Shown: in pieces, positions 28,568 to 37,689 of the stretch
Numbering within the stretch: position 1 is the stretch's first letter
Layout: every line of letters begins with the position of its first letter
Assembly: GCF_002087085.1 (NCBI RefSeq)
Contig: NZ_MWQY01000005.1
Location: forward strand, 1 to 64,000
Reading direction: 5' to 3'
DNA length: 64,000 nucleotides
Position numbers and translations under genes: made by a program
The notes under the pieces: generated by a model
Database searches by the model: none
What the model was told of the DNA's origin: nothing
Seen by the model: only the letters and a program-made list of their open reading frames with translations

Positions 28568-29614
28568 TTGGCTAAGATTAAGGTATTGATTATTGATGAT
28601 TCCGCCCTGGCCCGGGAACTTTTAAGCAAGGGTCTGTCCAGAGACCCGGCTATCGAGGTTATCGGGACTGCTCAGGATGTATATGTCGCCCGGGACAAGA
28701 TAGTCTATTTAAAGCCGGATGTTCTGACCCTGGATGTAGAAATGCCGAAGATGGATGGCGTGGAATTCCTTCGCAAGCTGATGCCCCAGTATCCCCTTCC
28801 TGTGGTTATGGTTTCCGCCCTGACGGCTCCGGGAGCACAGGTTACCCTGGAAGCCCTGGAACTCGGCGCCGTGGATTTTGTCCTTAAGCCCTCTTCGAGT
28901 TTCGGAAACCGTCTGGATGAGATGTTTCAGGAACTTGCCCAGAAAATCAAGGTCGCGGCCTTCGTGGATGTATCCGAATACAGGAATAACAGAATTGTAC
29001 AGACCCATGAGAGCCGCAGACATCTGGTTGGCGGAACCGACAAGATTATCGCCATCGGAGCTTCAACGGGCGGTACCGTAGCCTTGCGGAAAATGATCGA
29101 GGAGTTTCCGCCGAATTTTCCCGCTACCCTGATTGTTCAGCACATGCCGCCCAAATTTACGAAGATGTTTGCCGATCGTCTGAATGACCATGCCAGGGTG
29201 AGTGTTTCCGAGGCAAAAGACGGAGACAGACTGGTAACCGGGCAGGTCCTTATTGCTCCGGGGGGATTTCACATGCGTCTTAAACGGTCCGGAGGTATCT
29301 ACACAGTGAAATGTGCAGAGGGTCCCCCGGTAAACGGGCACTGTCCCTCGGTGGACGTACTCTTCGAATCCGTAGCTGCAGAGGCTGGGGGAAACGCACT
29401 GGGGGTGATTCTGACGGGTATGGGCCGTGACGGTGCCAGGGGACTTCTGCAGATGCGTGAAAGCGGTGCGAAGACCTTCGCACAGGATGAAGCAAGTTCG
29501 GTAGTCTTTGGTATGCCGAAGGAAGCCTTCGAAATGGGGGCGGTTGATTCCCTTACACCTCTTTCGTCGATGACTGATGCAGTTTTGCGTCAGCTTGAGG
29601 GAGCGAAGGTATAG
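28568..29614 (+). CDS. cheB: Chemotaxis methylesterase CheB
   Basis: Receiver domain plus GASTGG, QHM and LTGMGRDG; TTG start assumed. Confidence 0.95.
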   Translation: MAKIKVLIIDDSALARELLSKGLSRDPAIEVIGTAQDVYVARDKIVYLKPDVLTLDVEMPKMDGVEFLRKLMPQYPLPVVMVSALTAPGAQVTLEALELGAVDFVLKPSSSFGNRLDEMFQELAQKIKVAAFVDVSEYRNNRIVQTHESRRHLVGGTDKIIAIGASTGGTVALRKMIEEFPPNFPATLIVQHMPPKFTKMFADRLNDHARVSVSEAKDGDRLVTGQVLIAPGGFHMRLKRSGGIYTVKCAEGPPVNGHCPSVDVLFESVAAEAGGNALGVILTGMGRDGARGLLQMRESGAKTFAQDEASSVVFGMPKEAFEMGAVDSLTPLSSMTDAVLRQLEGAKV

Positions 29615-29623
29615 GAACGGAAT

Positions 29624-30100
29624 ATGAGAACAGATGTTGGCATCGGAGATTTTCACGCCAGTGGAAACCCCGGAGAACTGATTAAAACCTACGCTCTCGG
29701 CTCCTGTGTAGCGGTTCTGATGTACGATAAAGTGCGCAGAATCGCAGGGATGATTCACGTGGCCCTGCCGGAATCCAGGGTAAACGCCGAAAAAGCTGAG
29801 ACCCGGCCGGGATACTTTGCCGACACTGGAATCCCCGCACTCCTGAAGGCCTTCTCAGCTGCCGGGGGGGATCAGCGGAAGGCACAGATAAAGATTGCCG
29901 GGGGAGCATCTATTCTTGACGAGAACAGGACCTTCGATATCGGCCGACGGAATGTAATCGCGATCAAAAGGGCCCTGTGGAAGTACGGACTTGGAGTGAT
30001 TGCCGAGGATGTGGGAGGAAAAATAAGCCGTACTGTTTCGATAGAAGTGGATACGGGTACTATTGTTATTCATAATGCAAAAAACAGCTGGACAATCTGA
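29624..30100 (+). CDS. cheD: Chemoreceptor glutamine deamidase CheD
   Basis: LGSCVAV, GMIH, YFADTGI, IGRRN and EDVGG motifs. Confidence 0.93.
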   Translation: MRTDVGIGDFHASGNPGELIKTYALGSCVAVLMYDKVRRIAGMIHVALPESRVNAEKAETRPGYFADTGIPALLKAFSAAGGDQRKAQIKIAGGASILDENRTFDIGRRNVIAIKRALWKYGLGVIAEDVGGKISRTVSIEVDTGTIVIHNAKNSWTI

Positions 30101-30121
30101 TTGTAAGGGAGTGTAAATACT

Positions 30122-30490
30122 ATGGAGTGCAGTAGAATCCTGATAGTCGACGACTCTGCTACTTCCAGAATGATAATCAGACGCTGCTTCCAGATCGCCG
30201 GGTACGGAGAAATTCAGTACCTGGAGGCCGAGGATGGACTGGCGGCGCTGTCGTTACTGCAGAAGGAGAGGGTGGATCTTATTGTCAGTGATATTAAGAT
30301 GCCCAAAATGGACGGAACGACCCTGGTACGGAAGCTCCGTTTAAACAGGGATATCGGCGATATACCCGTGGTTATTATTTCCAGTGTGGGAAACGAAGCT
30401 CTGGAAGATCAGTTGCGGGAATCCGCGGTAAAAGCGATTATCAAGAAACCGGTTTCACCGGCAAAAATCCTCTCGTTTATGGAGGAGTGA
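30122..30490 (+). CDS. Single-domain response regulator (CheY-like)
   Basis: VDDS, SDIKMP and KKP motifs. Confidence 0.9.
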   Translation: MECSRILIVDDSATSRMIIRRCFQIAGYGEIQYLEAEDGLAALSLLQKERVDLIVSDIKMPKMDGTTLVRKLRLNRDIGDIPVVIISSVGNEALEDQLRESAVKAIIKKPVSPAKILSFMEE

Positions 30491-30952
30491 ATGTCCAGGG
30501 AAGAGAAGCTTAAACAGAGCATGGATGAAGCAGTTATGCAGACCTTTGCGGAAATGGCCTTTGTAGATGTACTGCCCGCGGATATTCCGAAGGTGGAGCA
30601 CAGCCAGATCATGATCATCGAGATTACCAGACCATGTCGGGGTGTCATGTATCTGCTGATGCCCAGGGAGTGCAAGCAGTGTGTTGTCGAGAACATCCAC
30701 GGTGACTCCTGGGACAGTCTTTCGGTCGAGCAGATCGATGACTGTCTGCTGGAACTCCTGAATGTTCTGGGGGGTAATTTCCTCAGCAGATATTACGGAG
30801 AAGCGGTGAGCTACAGCGTGAGTTTTCCTCAGGTTATTTTTGATGAGTCCGAGTTACCCGACCTTGAAAAATTTTCGTATTATAGTTACGACGCTGAGGG
30901 GATTCCTTTTGCCGTCGCCATTAAGCTGGAGAATCAAGGAGATGCTCCATGA
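30491..30952 (+). CDS. CheX-like phosphatase
   Basis: TFAEMAF and the ELLNVLGG E-x-x-N motif; lies between two receiver genes. Confidence 0.75.
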   Translation: MSREEKLKQSMDEAVMQTFAEMAFVDVLPADIPKVEHSQIMIIEITRPCRGVMYLLMPRECKQCVVENIHGDSWDSLSVEQIDDCLLELLNVLGGNFLSRYYGEAVSYSVSFPQVIFDESELPDLEKFSYYSYDAEGIPFAVAIKLENQGDAP

Positions 30953-31353
30953 AGATTCTGATTGTTGAAGATGACTTTGCCAGCAGAAAATTGATGCAGA
31001 AGTACCTGAGCCCCTATGGTATCTGCGAAGTGGTCGTTGACGGAGAAGAGGCGGTACTGGCTTTTTCCGAATCCCTGGAGAACGACGACCCCTTCGACCT
31101 GGTATGTCTAGATATCATGCTGCCGAAAAAAGACGGCCAGCAGGTTCTCAAGTCAATTCGCAACCTGGAGGCCTCGCGGGGTATAGAGGGGAGCGAGGGG
31201 GTCAAGGTTATAATGACAACAGCCCTGGGAGATGCGGAGAATATAATGTCTGCATTCCGGTCTCAATGCGAAGGGTATCTTACCAAGCCTGTTACCCGCC
31301 AGCGTCTTCTGGAAGAGATCAAAGAGCTGGGTCTGCTTGCGGACGAAGCCTAG
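30949..31353 (+). CDS. Single-domain response regulator
   Basis: VEDD, LDIMLP and YLTKP motifs. Confidence 0.9.
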   Translation: MKILIVEDDFASRKLMQKYLSPYGICEVVVDGEEAVLAFSESLENDDPFDLVCLDIMLPKKDGQQVLKSIRNLEASRGIEGSEGVKVIMTTALGDAENIMSAFRSQCEGYLTKPVTRQRLLEEIKELGLLADEA

Positions 31354-31366
31354 ATTTTCAGAACAT

Positions 31367-32494
31367 TCAATGAATATCTTCCCAGAGAACTCCCTCGCCG
31401 TCGGGAATATGTCTGCAGGCTGTCCGCCCGGGGATGACTTTCATGTACCGCGGATGCAGTCCCGGACGCAGTTTTTTTTCCGTCCGGAGAACGGCGATGT
31501 TGGAGGTGTCGAGTACATCGCCGGGCTTTATATCGGCAGTGGCGTGAATGGAACGGTTGGTGCGTCCATAGTTGGCCCTTTCTGACGGTGCCAGAACCTT
31601 TTTTCCGTCCCCGAATACCCTTTCCATGCGTTCGGTGCCGTATGTATCCACCAGGAAGGCATAAAGCTCCTCCCGCGGCCGCACTGCCCAATGTCGTACC
31701 GCCCGGCTCATAGCGGTGAACTCTCCAGGAGGAAGGGCCACCGGATCGTCCAGACCTCCTCCCTGCCTGTCCAGGGTAAAATGCTTCTCGATACAGGCTC
31801 CGCCGAAATAGATGCTTGCCAGGGGCACCAGAAGGGGATCGAGGCTGTGGTCGGAGATTCCGACAGGAACGCCAAAGAGGGCAGACATATGGGGCAGCAG
31901 AAAAAGGTTGTACTCTTCCTCCGGAGCCGGATAACTTGTAACACAGTGGAGCAGGGCTGTCCTGTTTTTCTGCACTATAGTCAGGGCCTCTTCAATGTCC
32001 GCAAGCCTGCTTACCCCGGTGGAAAGAACAGCCGAGACTTCGTTCTGCGCAATCTTTTCAAGCAGGGGAATATGATTCAGCTCCGGAGAAGCGATCTTGA
32101 TTATTCTGCATCCCAGCTGGACAAGTTCCCTGAGGCTCCGTTCCCCAAAAGGGGTGCAGAGAAAGCCTATTCCCCGTCCTTCGGCATGACTCTTTGCAGC
32201 TTCCAGAAAGGAACTCCCCGTCTCCAGGGAGCGAAAGACCTCATACAGGGGGGTATCTCCCCCGGGGAGGGGAACCATGCCTGTTTCCGGGTGGATGATT
32301 TCATCGGCATAGACGTGCTGAAATTTGACACATTCCGCACCGCTCTCCACCGCCGCATCGATCAGTTCCCTGGCCCTTTCGATGCTTCCCCGATGGGAGG
32401 TTCCAATCTCTGCAATAATCAGCGGACCCGGTGCGTCTGCATCGGAAGTCCAGATCTTTTCTATCCTTGAATCAGCCACGGTTATATTCGTCAA
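31367..32494 (-). CDS. NeuB/PseI/SpsE-family nonulosonic acid synthase with SAF domain
   Basis: IIAEIG, VKFQ, KIASPE, HCVTSYP, SDHS and IEKHFTLD motifs; C-terminal SAF domain; start uncertain. Confidence 0.9.
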   Translation of the reverse strand: MTNITVADSRIEKIWTSDADAPGPLIIAEIGTSHRGSIERARELIDAAVESGAECVKFQHVYADEIIHPETGMVPLPGGDTPLYEVFRSLETGSSFLEAAKSHAEGRGIGFLCTPFGERSLRELVQLGCRIIKIASPELNHIPLLEKIAQNEVSAVLSTGVSRLADIEEALTIVQKNRTALLHCVTSYPAPEEEYNLFLLPHMSALFGVPVGISDHSLDPLLVPLASIYFGGACIEKHFTLDRQGGGLDDPVALPPGEFTAMSRAVRHWAVRPREELYAFLVDTYGTERMERVFGDGKKVLAPSERANYGRTNRSIHATADIKPGDVLDTSNIAVLRTEKKLRPGLHPRYMKVIPGRTACRHIPDGEGVLWEDIH

Positions 32495-33896
32495 TCATTC
32501 TGAACTTTAGGTCTCGCAATGCCCGGGAAAGGGAAATCTTGTATTCGTGGGGATTAATCTGTCGCAGGAAGGTCTCATCCATCCGCTGCAGCTGCGTAAT
32601 TACACGATCCCGAATTATCTTCAGATCTTCCTGCGGATTCAGTCGTTTCCCTTCCCGCATGACTGGCAGGAGCTGTTCTTCGGCGGAGTGAAAGGCACTG
32701 AACATGGTACGCTTGTAGTGAAGGGTCGGGTGATGGAGTTCCATGGGACCCTCCGGTATGGGTTCATCGGCCAACTGGATTACATCCCGCAGGGGTGTTC
32801 TGTCTTTATCGTAGAACCGGAAAACCTGTTTAATCCCGGGATTGGTCATTTTGGCAGGATTGTTGGAAACCTTCATGGTGGGAATTATCTGCCTTCCCTG
32901 GTAGCGGGCTGAGAGTTTGTAGACCCCCGAAACCGCAGCATCCGGATGTCCCGTGGCCAGCTGGGTACCTACACCCCAGACATCCACCGGGGCCCCTTCC
33001 GCGAGAAGCTGGGCTGCGATCTGCTCATTAAGGTCTCCGGAAACGGCGATAAAGGCATACCGGAGTCCTGCGGCATCAAGCCTGGCTCGTACCTGCTTGC
33101 TCAGGTACGAGAGGTCTCCGGAATCCAGGCGAACACCTATACGCTTCCCCTGTTTCCGGAGCTTTTTTCCAATGATGATGGCGTTCTCGATCCCCTGGTT
33201 CAGGGTGTCGAAGGTGTCGATTAAAAGGATCGAGGTGTCCGGATACAGTTCGGAGTAACGCTCAAAGGATTCGGCTTCAGAATCAAAGGCCATTACCCAG
33301 GAGTGGGCCATGGTTCCACTCACGGGAATATTGTACAGTCTGCCCGCCAGTGTGTTGGAGGTGCCGCTGGCACCACCGATATAGGCCGCCCGGGATGCCA
33401 TAAGGGCCCCGTTGTACCCCTGGGCTCGACGCATGCCGAATTCAAGAATGCTGCCGAACTCTGTTGCCACTAAAACCCTGGCGGCCTTGGTTGCAATAAG
33501 GGTCTGGAAATTTACAATGTTCAGCAGCAGGCTTTCAATTATCTGCGCCTCGATAAGGGGGGCTTCGACCCGGATCAGGGGCTCCTCCGGAAAGACAAGG
33601 CTTCCTTCGCGAAAAGAGAGGACCGAACCACTGAAACGGAACTCCGAAAGATACTCGAGAAACTCGTCGCCGAAGTATCCAAGGGATCCCAGATAGCTGA
33701 TGTCGTCGCAGCTGAACTTGAGCCCCTCAAGATCGTCCAGGAGGGTATCAATCCCCGCGAAGATCGCGAAACCGCCTCCATAGGGCTGCCTGCGGAAGAA
33801 CATGTCAAAGACCACATGGGGATTATGATGATTCAACAGGTATCCCTGGGCCATGGTCAGTTCGTACAGGTCGGTGAACAGGGGAGAGATCGTCAT
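32472..33896 (-). CDS. pncB: Nicotinate phosphoribosyltransferase
   Basis: TDLYELTM, EFGMRRAQG, GTMAHSW and RLDSGD motifs. Confidence 0.95.
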   Translation of the reverse strand: MTISPLFTDLYELTMAQGYLLNHHNPHVVFDMFFRRQPYGGGFAIFAGIDTLLDDLEGLKFSCDDISYLGSLGYFGDEFLEYLSEFRFSGSVLSFREGSLVFPEEPLIRVEAPLIEAQIIESLLLNIVNFQTLIATKAARVLVATEFGSILEFGMRRAQGYNGALMASRAAYIGGASGTSNTLAGRLYNIPVSGTMAHSWVMAFDSEAESFERYSELYPDTSILLIDTFDTLNQGIENAIIIGKKLRKQGKRIGVRLDSGDLSYLSKQVRARLDAAGLRYAFIAVSGDLNEQIAAQLLAEGAPVDVWGVGTQLATGHPDAAVSGVYKLSARYQGRQIIPTMKVSNNPAKMTNPGIKQVFRFYDKDRTPLRDVIQLADEPIPEGPMELHHPTLHYKRTMFSAFHSAEEQLLPVMREGKRLNPQEDLKIIRDRVITQLQRMDETFLRQINPHEYKISLSRALRDLKFRMIDEYNRG

Positions 33897-34510
33897 GCCG
33901 GATCTTCCGATGCTACTATGCGTGCTCCCGCTTTTTGCATCTCTTCCAGGCGCTCTTGTACGTTTCCCGGGGGAAAATCCACGCCCCGGACGCAGTCGCT
34001 GACAAGGTCTACCTTGTAGCCGAGCTTGATGGCATCCATTACGGTATAGAATACGCAGTAATCCGTAGCCAGTCCGCAGACCGCCAGATCATTGATTCCC
34101 AGGTTTTTCAGGTAGCCGTCGAGTCCCGTGGGGGTAAGATGGTCGTTTTCGAAGAATCCCGAATAGGAATCGAGTTTCGGGGAGGTCCCCTTGCTGATTA
34201 TCAGATCAAGCGTGCGCTGGTCCAGGTCGGGATGAAACTCTGCTCCCGGTGTGCCGGGCACGCAATGGTCCGGCCACAGAACCTGTTCAATATCTCCGGT
34301 CTTCAGTATCTCCTGAACCTTTTTACCGGGATGGTTAGAGGCAAAGGAGATGTGATTCTTCGGGTGCCAGTCCCGGGTGGCCACAACCTTGTCGAAAGAT
34401 TTTGCCAGGGAGTTCACTGCAGGTACAATGCTGTCTCCATCCTTTACCGCCAATGCTCCGCCGGGACAGAAATCGCGCTGCAGATCAACAATAATGAGTG
34501 CCTTTTTCAT
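33893..34510 (-). CDS. pncA: Nicotinamidase/pyrazinamidase
   Basis: VDLQRDF, DWHP, WPDHC and GLATDYCV motifs. Confidence 0.95.
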   Translation of the reverse strand: MKKALIIVDLQRDFCPGGALAVKDGDSIVPAVNSLAKSFDKVVATRDWHPKNHISFASNHPGKKVQEILKTGDIEQVLWPDHCVPGTPGAEFHPDLDQRTLDLIISKGTSPKLDSYSGFFENDHLTPTGLDGYLKNLGINDLAVCGLATDYCVFYTVMDAIKLGYKVDLVSDCVRGVDFPPGNVQERLEEMQKAGARIVASEDPA

Positions 34511-34595
34511 GATTCTCCTCCAGCTGTTTATATGTTAAGTATAACCACTAGAAGCCTTTATGTTAAATACCTTTTTCCCGGAGAGGAAAAAACTC

Positions 34596-34624
34596 TCGAC
34601 ATGGACGCTGAATCCCGCTACTAT
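34596..34624 (+). promoter_or_regulatory. Putative sigma70 promoter of the 70-aa gene
   Basis: TCGACA-17 nt-TACTAT. Confidence 0.5.
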
Positions 34625-34731
34625 TATTTTATATTCATGACGCTGCTGAAAACTCAGCCCAGGGCAGAAAGAGTAGTTTTTCGCGGTGTCCTGATATAAA
34701 TTCCCTGATATAAAGTTTACGAGGAGGCCGT

Positions 34732-34944
34732 ATGACCACTGTTGTGTGCGACGTAACGAAAAAAGCAATTCCCAATGCCCAGCGGGATGTTAATTATGTA
34801 ACCATGCTGGATAAAACTCTATCTATGCCTGCTGTGGAAGAGTTCGAGAAAAGGGTACGGGAGAAGATGAGGAGCAACAAACAATACTCCTTTGCCGTAT
34901 ACAAGAAGGTGTACCGGGACGTATTGAACCAGATGTGCAAATAG
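34732..34944 (+). CDS. Small basic hypothetical protein (70 aa)
   Basis: Strong GAGGAGG Shine-Dalgarno; occupies an otherwise empty intergenic gap. Confidence 0.7.
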   Translation: MTTVVCDVTKKAIPNAQRDVNYVTMLDKTLSMPAVEEFEKRVREKMRSNKQYSFAVYKKVYRDVLNQMCK

Positions 34945-34971
34945 TCCCGGACAGAGTTGATTCAGGCCGGA

Positions 34972-36246
34972 TTATTTCGGCCTGATCGTATCAAAACCAG
35001 TATAGGGCACCAGCGCCGACGGAATGCGCACCGATCCGTCGGCCTGCTGGAAGTTCTCCAGTATGGCGATAATGGCCCTGGAGACGGCAACTGCCGTTCC
35101 GTTCAGCATATGAACGTAGGAATTCCTGCCCTCGTCCTTGAAGCGTACGCCAAGTCTTCTGGACTGGTAATCCGTACAGTTGGAAGTACTGGTAACCTCG
35201 CCCCAGTCTCCCGCCTCTCCCCGGCCCGGCATCCAGGCTTCAAGATCATATTTCCGGTATGCAGGACTCCCAAGATCGCCGGTACAGGTATCAACCACCC
35301 GGAAAGGAACTTCGAGGCCTTTAAAGATCTCCTCTTCTATTGCAAGCAGTTCCTGATGTATCTCCTCCGACTGGTCGGGTGTACAGTAGACGAACATCTC
35401 CACCTTGGAGAACTGGTGGACCCTGTAGAGTCCCTTGGAAAACTGTCCCGCCGCGCCTGCCTCCCTGCGGAAACAATGGCTGAAACCGGCCATTTTCAAG
35501 GGAAGATCTGCGGCATCCAGGATTGAATCGGAATGATATCCCCCCAGGGTTATCTCTGCGGTTCCCACCAGGCAGGTGCCGGTTCCTTCTAGGGAATAGA
35601 TATTGCTTTCGGATCCCCTGGGGTTGAAACCGATGCCTTCGAGGATTTCCTCCTTGGCAATGTCAGGGGTTATTGTGGGGGTAAAACCCTTTTTCTGCAG
35701 GATATCCATGGCATAGCGGATAAGGGCCAGTTCGAGAAAGACGGCTTCATTCTTCAGGTAATAGAACTTGGTTCCCGACACCTTCGCCGCGGTATCGAAA
35801 TCCACCAGGTCGAGCTCCTGGGCAAGCTGTACGTGGTCCTTTGCCGGAAAGTCAAAGCTGACCGGTTCTCCGAATCTGCGGATTTCCAGGTTGTCCTTAT
35901 CCTCTTTGCCCACGGGGGCGTCAGGATGCGCCATGTTGGGGATTTTCTCTGCAGCTTCCTTGAGCTCCGCCGAGACAGTTTTGAGCCTCTCCTCAAGACC
36001 TGCAATATCCTCCTTGAGGCGTTTCCCCTCTTCCACAAGGGGGGCACGTTCGTCCGGAGGGAGTTTACCCTTCATTTTTGCGGCATTCTCGTTCCGCTGC
36101 CGTCGCAGATCGTCCACTTCGTTCAGAAGACGATTGCGTTCCTCGTAGAGGGCAATAACCTTGTCGAGGTCAGCGGTCATGAAGCGGTTGGCAATATTCC
36201 GGCGAACCGCATCGGCATTATCCCGGATAAATTTAAGATCAAGCAT
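34972..36246 (-). CDS. serS: Serine--tRNA ligase
   Basis: MLDLKFIR, GTAE, FRREAG, RVHQFSKVE and HMLNGT motifs. Confidence 0.97.
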   Translation of the reverse strand: MLDLKFIRDNADAVRRNIANRFMTADLDKVIALYEERNRLLNEVDDLRRQRNENAAKMKGKLPPDERAPLVEEGKRLKEDIAGLEERLKTVSAELKEAAEKIPNMAHPDAPVGKEDKDNLEIRRFGEPVSFDFPAKDHVQLAQELDLVDFDTAAKVSGTKFYYLKNEAVFLELALIRYAMDILQKKGFTPTITPDIAKEEILEGIGFNPRGSESNIYSLEGTGTCLVGTAEITLGGYHSDSILDAADLPLKMAGFSHCFRREAGAAGQFSKGLYRVHQFSKVEMFVYCTPDQSEEIHQELLAIEEEIFKGLEVPFRVVDTCTGDLGSPAYRKYDLEAWMPGRGEAGDWGEVTSTSNCTDYQSRRLGVRFKDEGRNSYVHMLNGTAVAVSRAIIAILENFQQADGSVRIPSALVPYTGFDTIRPK

Positions 36247-36297
36247 GTGTGTATCCTTCGCTGATTATGTTGTGGGCACCTTTAAAACTGCCTTGTA

Positions 36298-37089
36298 TTA
36301 TTCAAGTTCTCTGGCCCGCGACGCGGCCCTTCCGACGGCATCCATCACCGAGGCGGTAAAGCCGCCTTCTTCGAGGGCGGCGACTCCCTGTATAGTGGTT
36401 CCTCCGGGGCTGATAACCGTGCTTAACAGGCTGACCGGATGTTCGTTCCCTTCCCGGACAAGGCCGACAGCACCTTCCAGGGTACCGAGGGCAATTTCCA
36501 GGGATGTGGAGTAGGGAATGCCTTCGCCGGTCCCTCCCAGTGCGAGGGCGTGGAGAAAGGCAAAGACATAGGCGATCCCTGATCCGCAGAGGCCGGTAAA
36601 GGCGGCCATGGATGATTCCGGCAGTTCCACCGTATTTCCAGCGCAGCCGGCAAGGTAGAGTGCTTCCCCGCGAAATTCCGCTGTAACCTTTTCTGCACAG
36701 CTCAGGGCCGTAAGGGCCTTTCCCACACGTGCTGCGATATTCGGCATGAAGCGAATTACCTGGTCTGTGGAAAGAAGTTCGGTAAACAGTGATATCGGGG
36801 TACCGGCGGCGATGGAGATAATCTTTTTACCTTTGGTATATGGAGCATACGCGCCAAGGACCTTGCGCAGAAGCTGAGGCTTCAGCGCCACAAGTATAAT
36901 ATCCGAGGCTTCGCAGAACTCAGGTACAGGAAGGTTCACCCTGGCTCCGCAGTCATTGACGGCGCACTCCGCTTTCGCCGTATCAGGTTCCTGCACAATA
37001 AGCGCGGTTTCAGGGCTCTCCTTATGAAGCCCTGTGGCCAGGGCAGAACCCATGTTACCGTAACCAATAAATCCTATCGATCTGATCAC
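36298..37089 (-). CDS. proC: Pyrroline-5-carboxylate reductase
   Basis: GFIGYGNMG, SIAAG, RFMPN and SPGGTT motifs. Confidence 0.95.
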   Translation of the reverse strand: MIRSIGFIGYGNMGSALATGLHKESPETALIVQEPDTAKAECAVNDCGARVNLPVPEFCEASDIILVALKPQLLRKVLGAYAPYTKGKKIISIAAGTPISLFTELLSTDQVIRFMPNIAARVGKALTALSCAEKVTAEFRGEALYLAGCAGNTVELPESSMAAFTGLCGSGIAYVFAFLHALALGGTGEGIPYSTSLEIALGTLEGAVGLVREGNEHPVSLLSTVISPGGTTIQGVAALEEGGFTASVMDAVGRAASRARELE

Positions 37090-37166
37090 CCGTTCCTCCG
37101 GGACTTACCGTACCATGTACGGGAAAAATGTGTCTACTGAAAAGTTGTCAGTCTTTTCCTGATACC

Positions 37167-37658
37167 TCAGCTCCAGCTGAAGGTCCGCGGGCTTCCTTCC
37201 CGCAGAAGCCCCGGAAAATTGTTCTGACGCATCACTTCGAAGGCTGCAATTGCAACTGAATTGGCAAGGTTCATGGATCTGGCTTCTTCCCGCATGGGTA
37301 TTCGTATGCAGCGCTCAGGATGGGCCTGCAGGAGCTCCTCCGGCAACCCCGCGCTCTCCCGTCCGAATACCAGGGCACAGTCCGCAGGGTAGCTGAGCTC
37401 GGTGTATACCTTCGCTCCCTTGGTGCTGAGAAAAAAGAGGGGCGTCCCGGGATTCGCCTCCAGAAAAGCTGAAAAACTCGGATACCGTGCGTAATCAATG
37501 AGGTGCCAGTAATCGAGGCCGGCACGTTTGACCATCTTTTCCTCCAGGGAGAATCCTAAAGGTTCTATAAGGTTGAGTTGTGCCCCCAGGGCGGCGCAGG
37601 TCCGGCCTATGTTTCCGGTGTTCTGGGGTATTTCCGGTTCCACAAGTACAATTTTCAC
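37167..37658 (-). CDS. trmL: tRNA (cytidine/uridine(34)-2'-O)-methyltransferase
   Basis: PEIPQNTGNI, RAGLDYW, FGRES and RSMNLANS motifs. Confidence 0.95.
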   Translation of the reverse strand: MKIVLVEPEIPQNTGNIGRTCAALGAQLNLIEPLGFSLEEKMVKRAGLDYWHLIDYARYPSFSAFLEANPGTPLFFLSTKGAKVYTELSYPADCALVFGRESAGLPEELLQAHPERCIRIPMREEARSMNLANSVAIAAFEVMRQNNFPGLLREGSPRTFSWS

Positions 37659-37689
37659 GGTAGTACCTCAAGCAGACATCCGTTCCCCT

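Noticed and set aside
23339..31366. Second che cluster as a tRNA-Val-integrated island
   Set aside because: No duplicated tRNA-Val 3' end and no integrase were found at the right boundary.
34511..34595. NrtR-type operator upstream of pncA
   Set aside because: The best candidate has GT-N6-AC rather than GT-N7-AC and poor symmetry.
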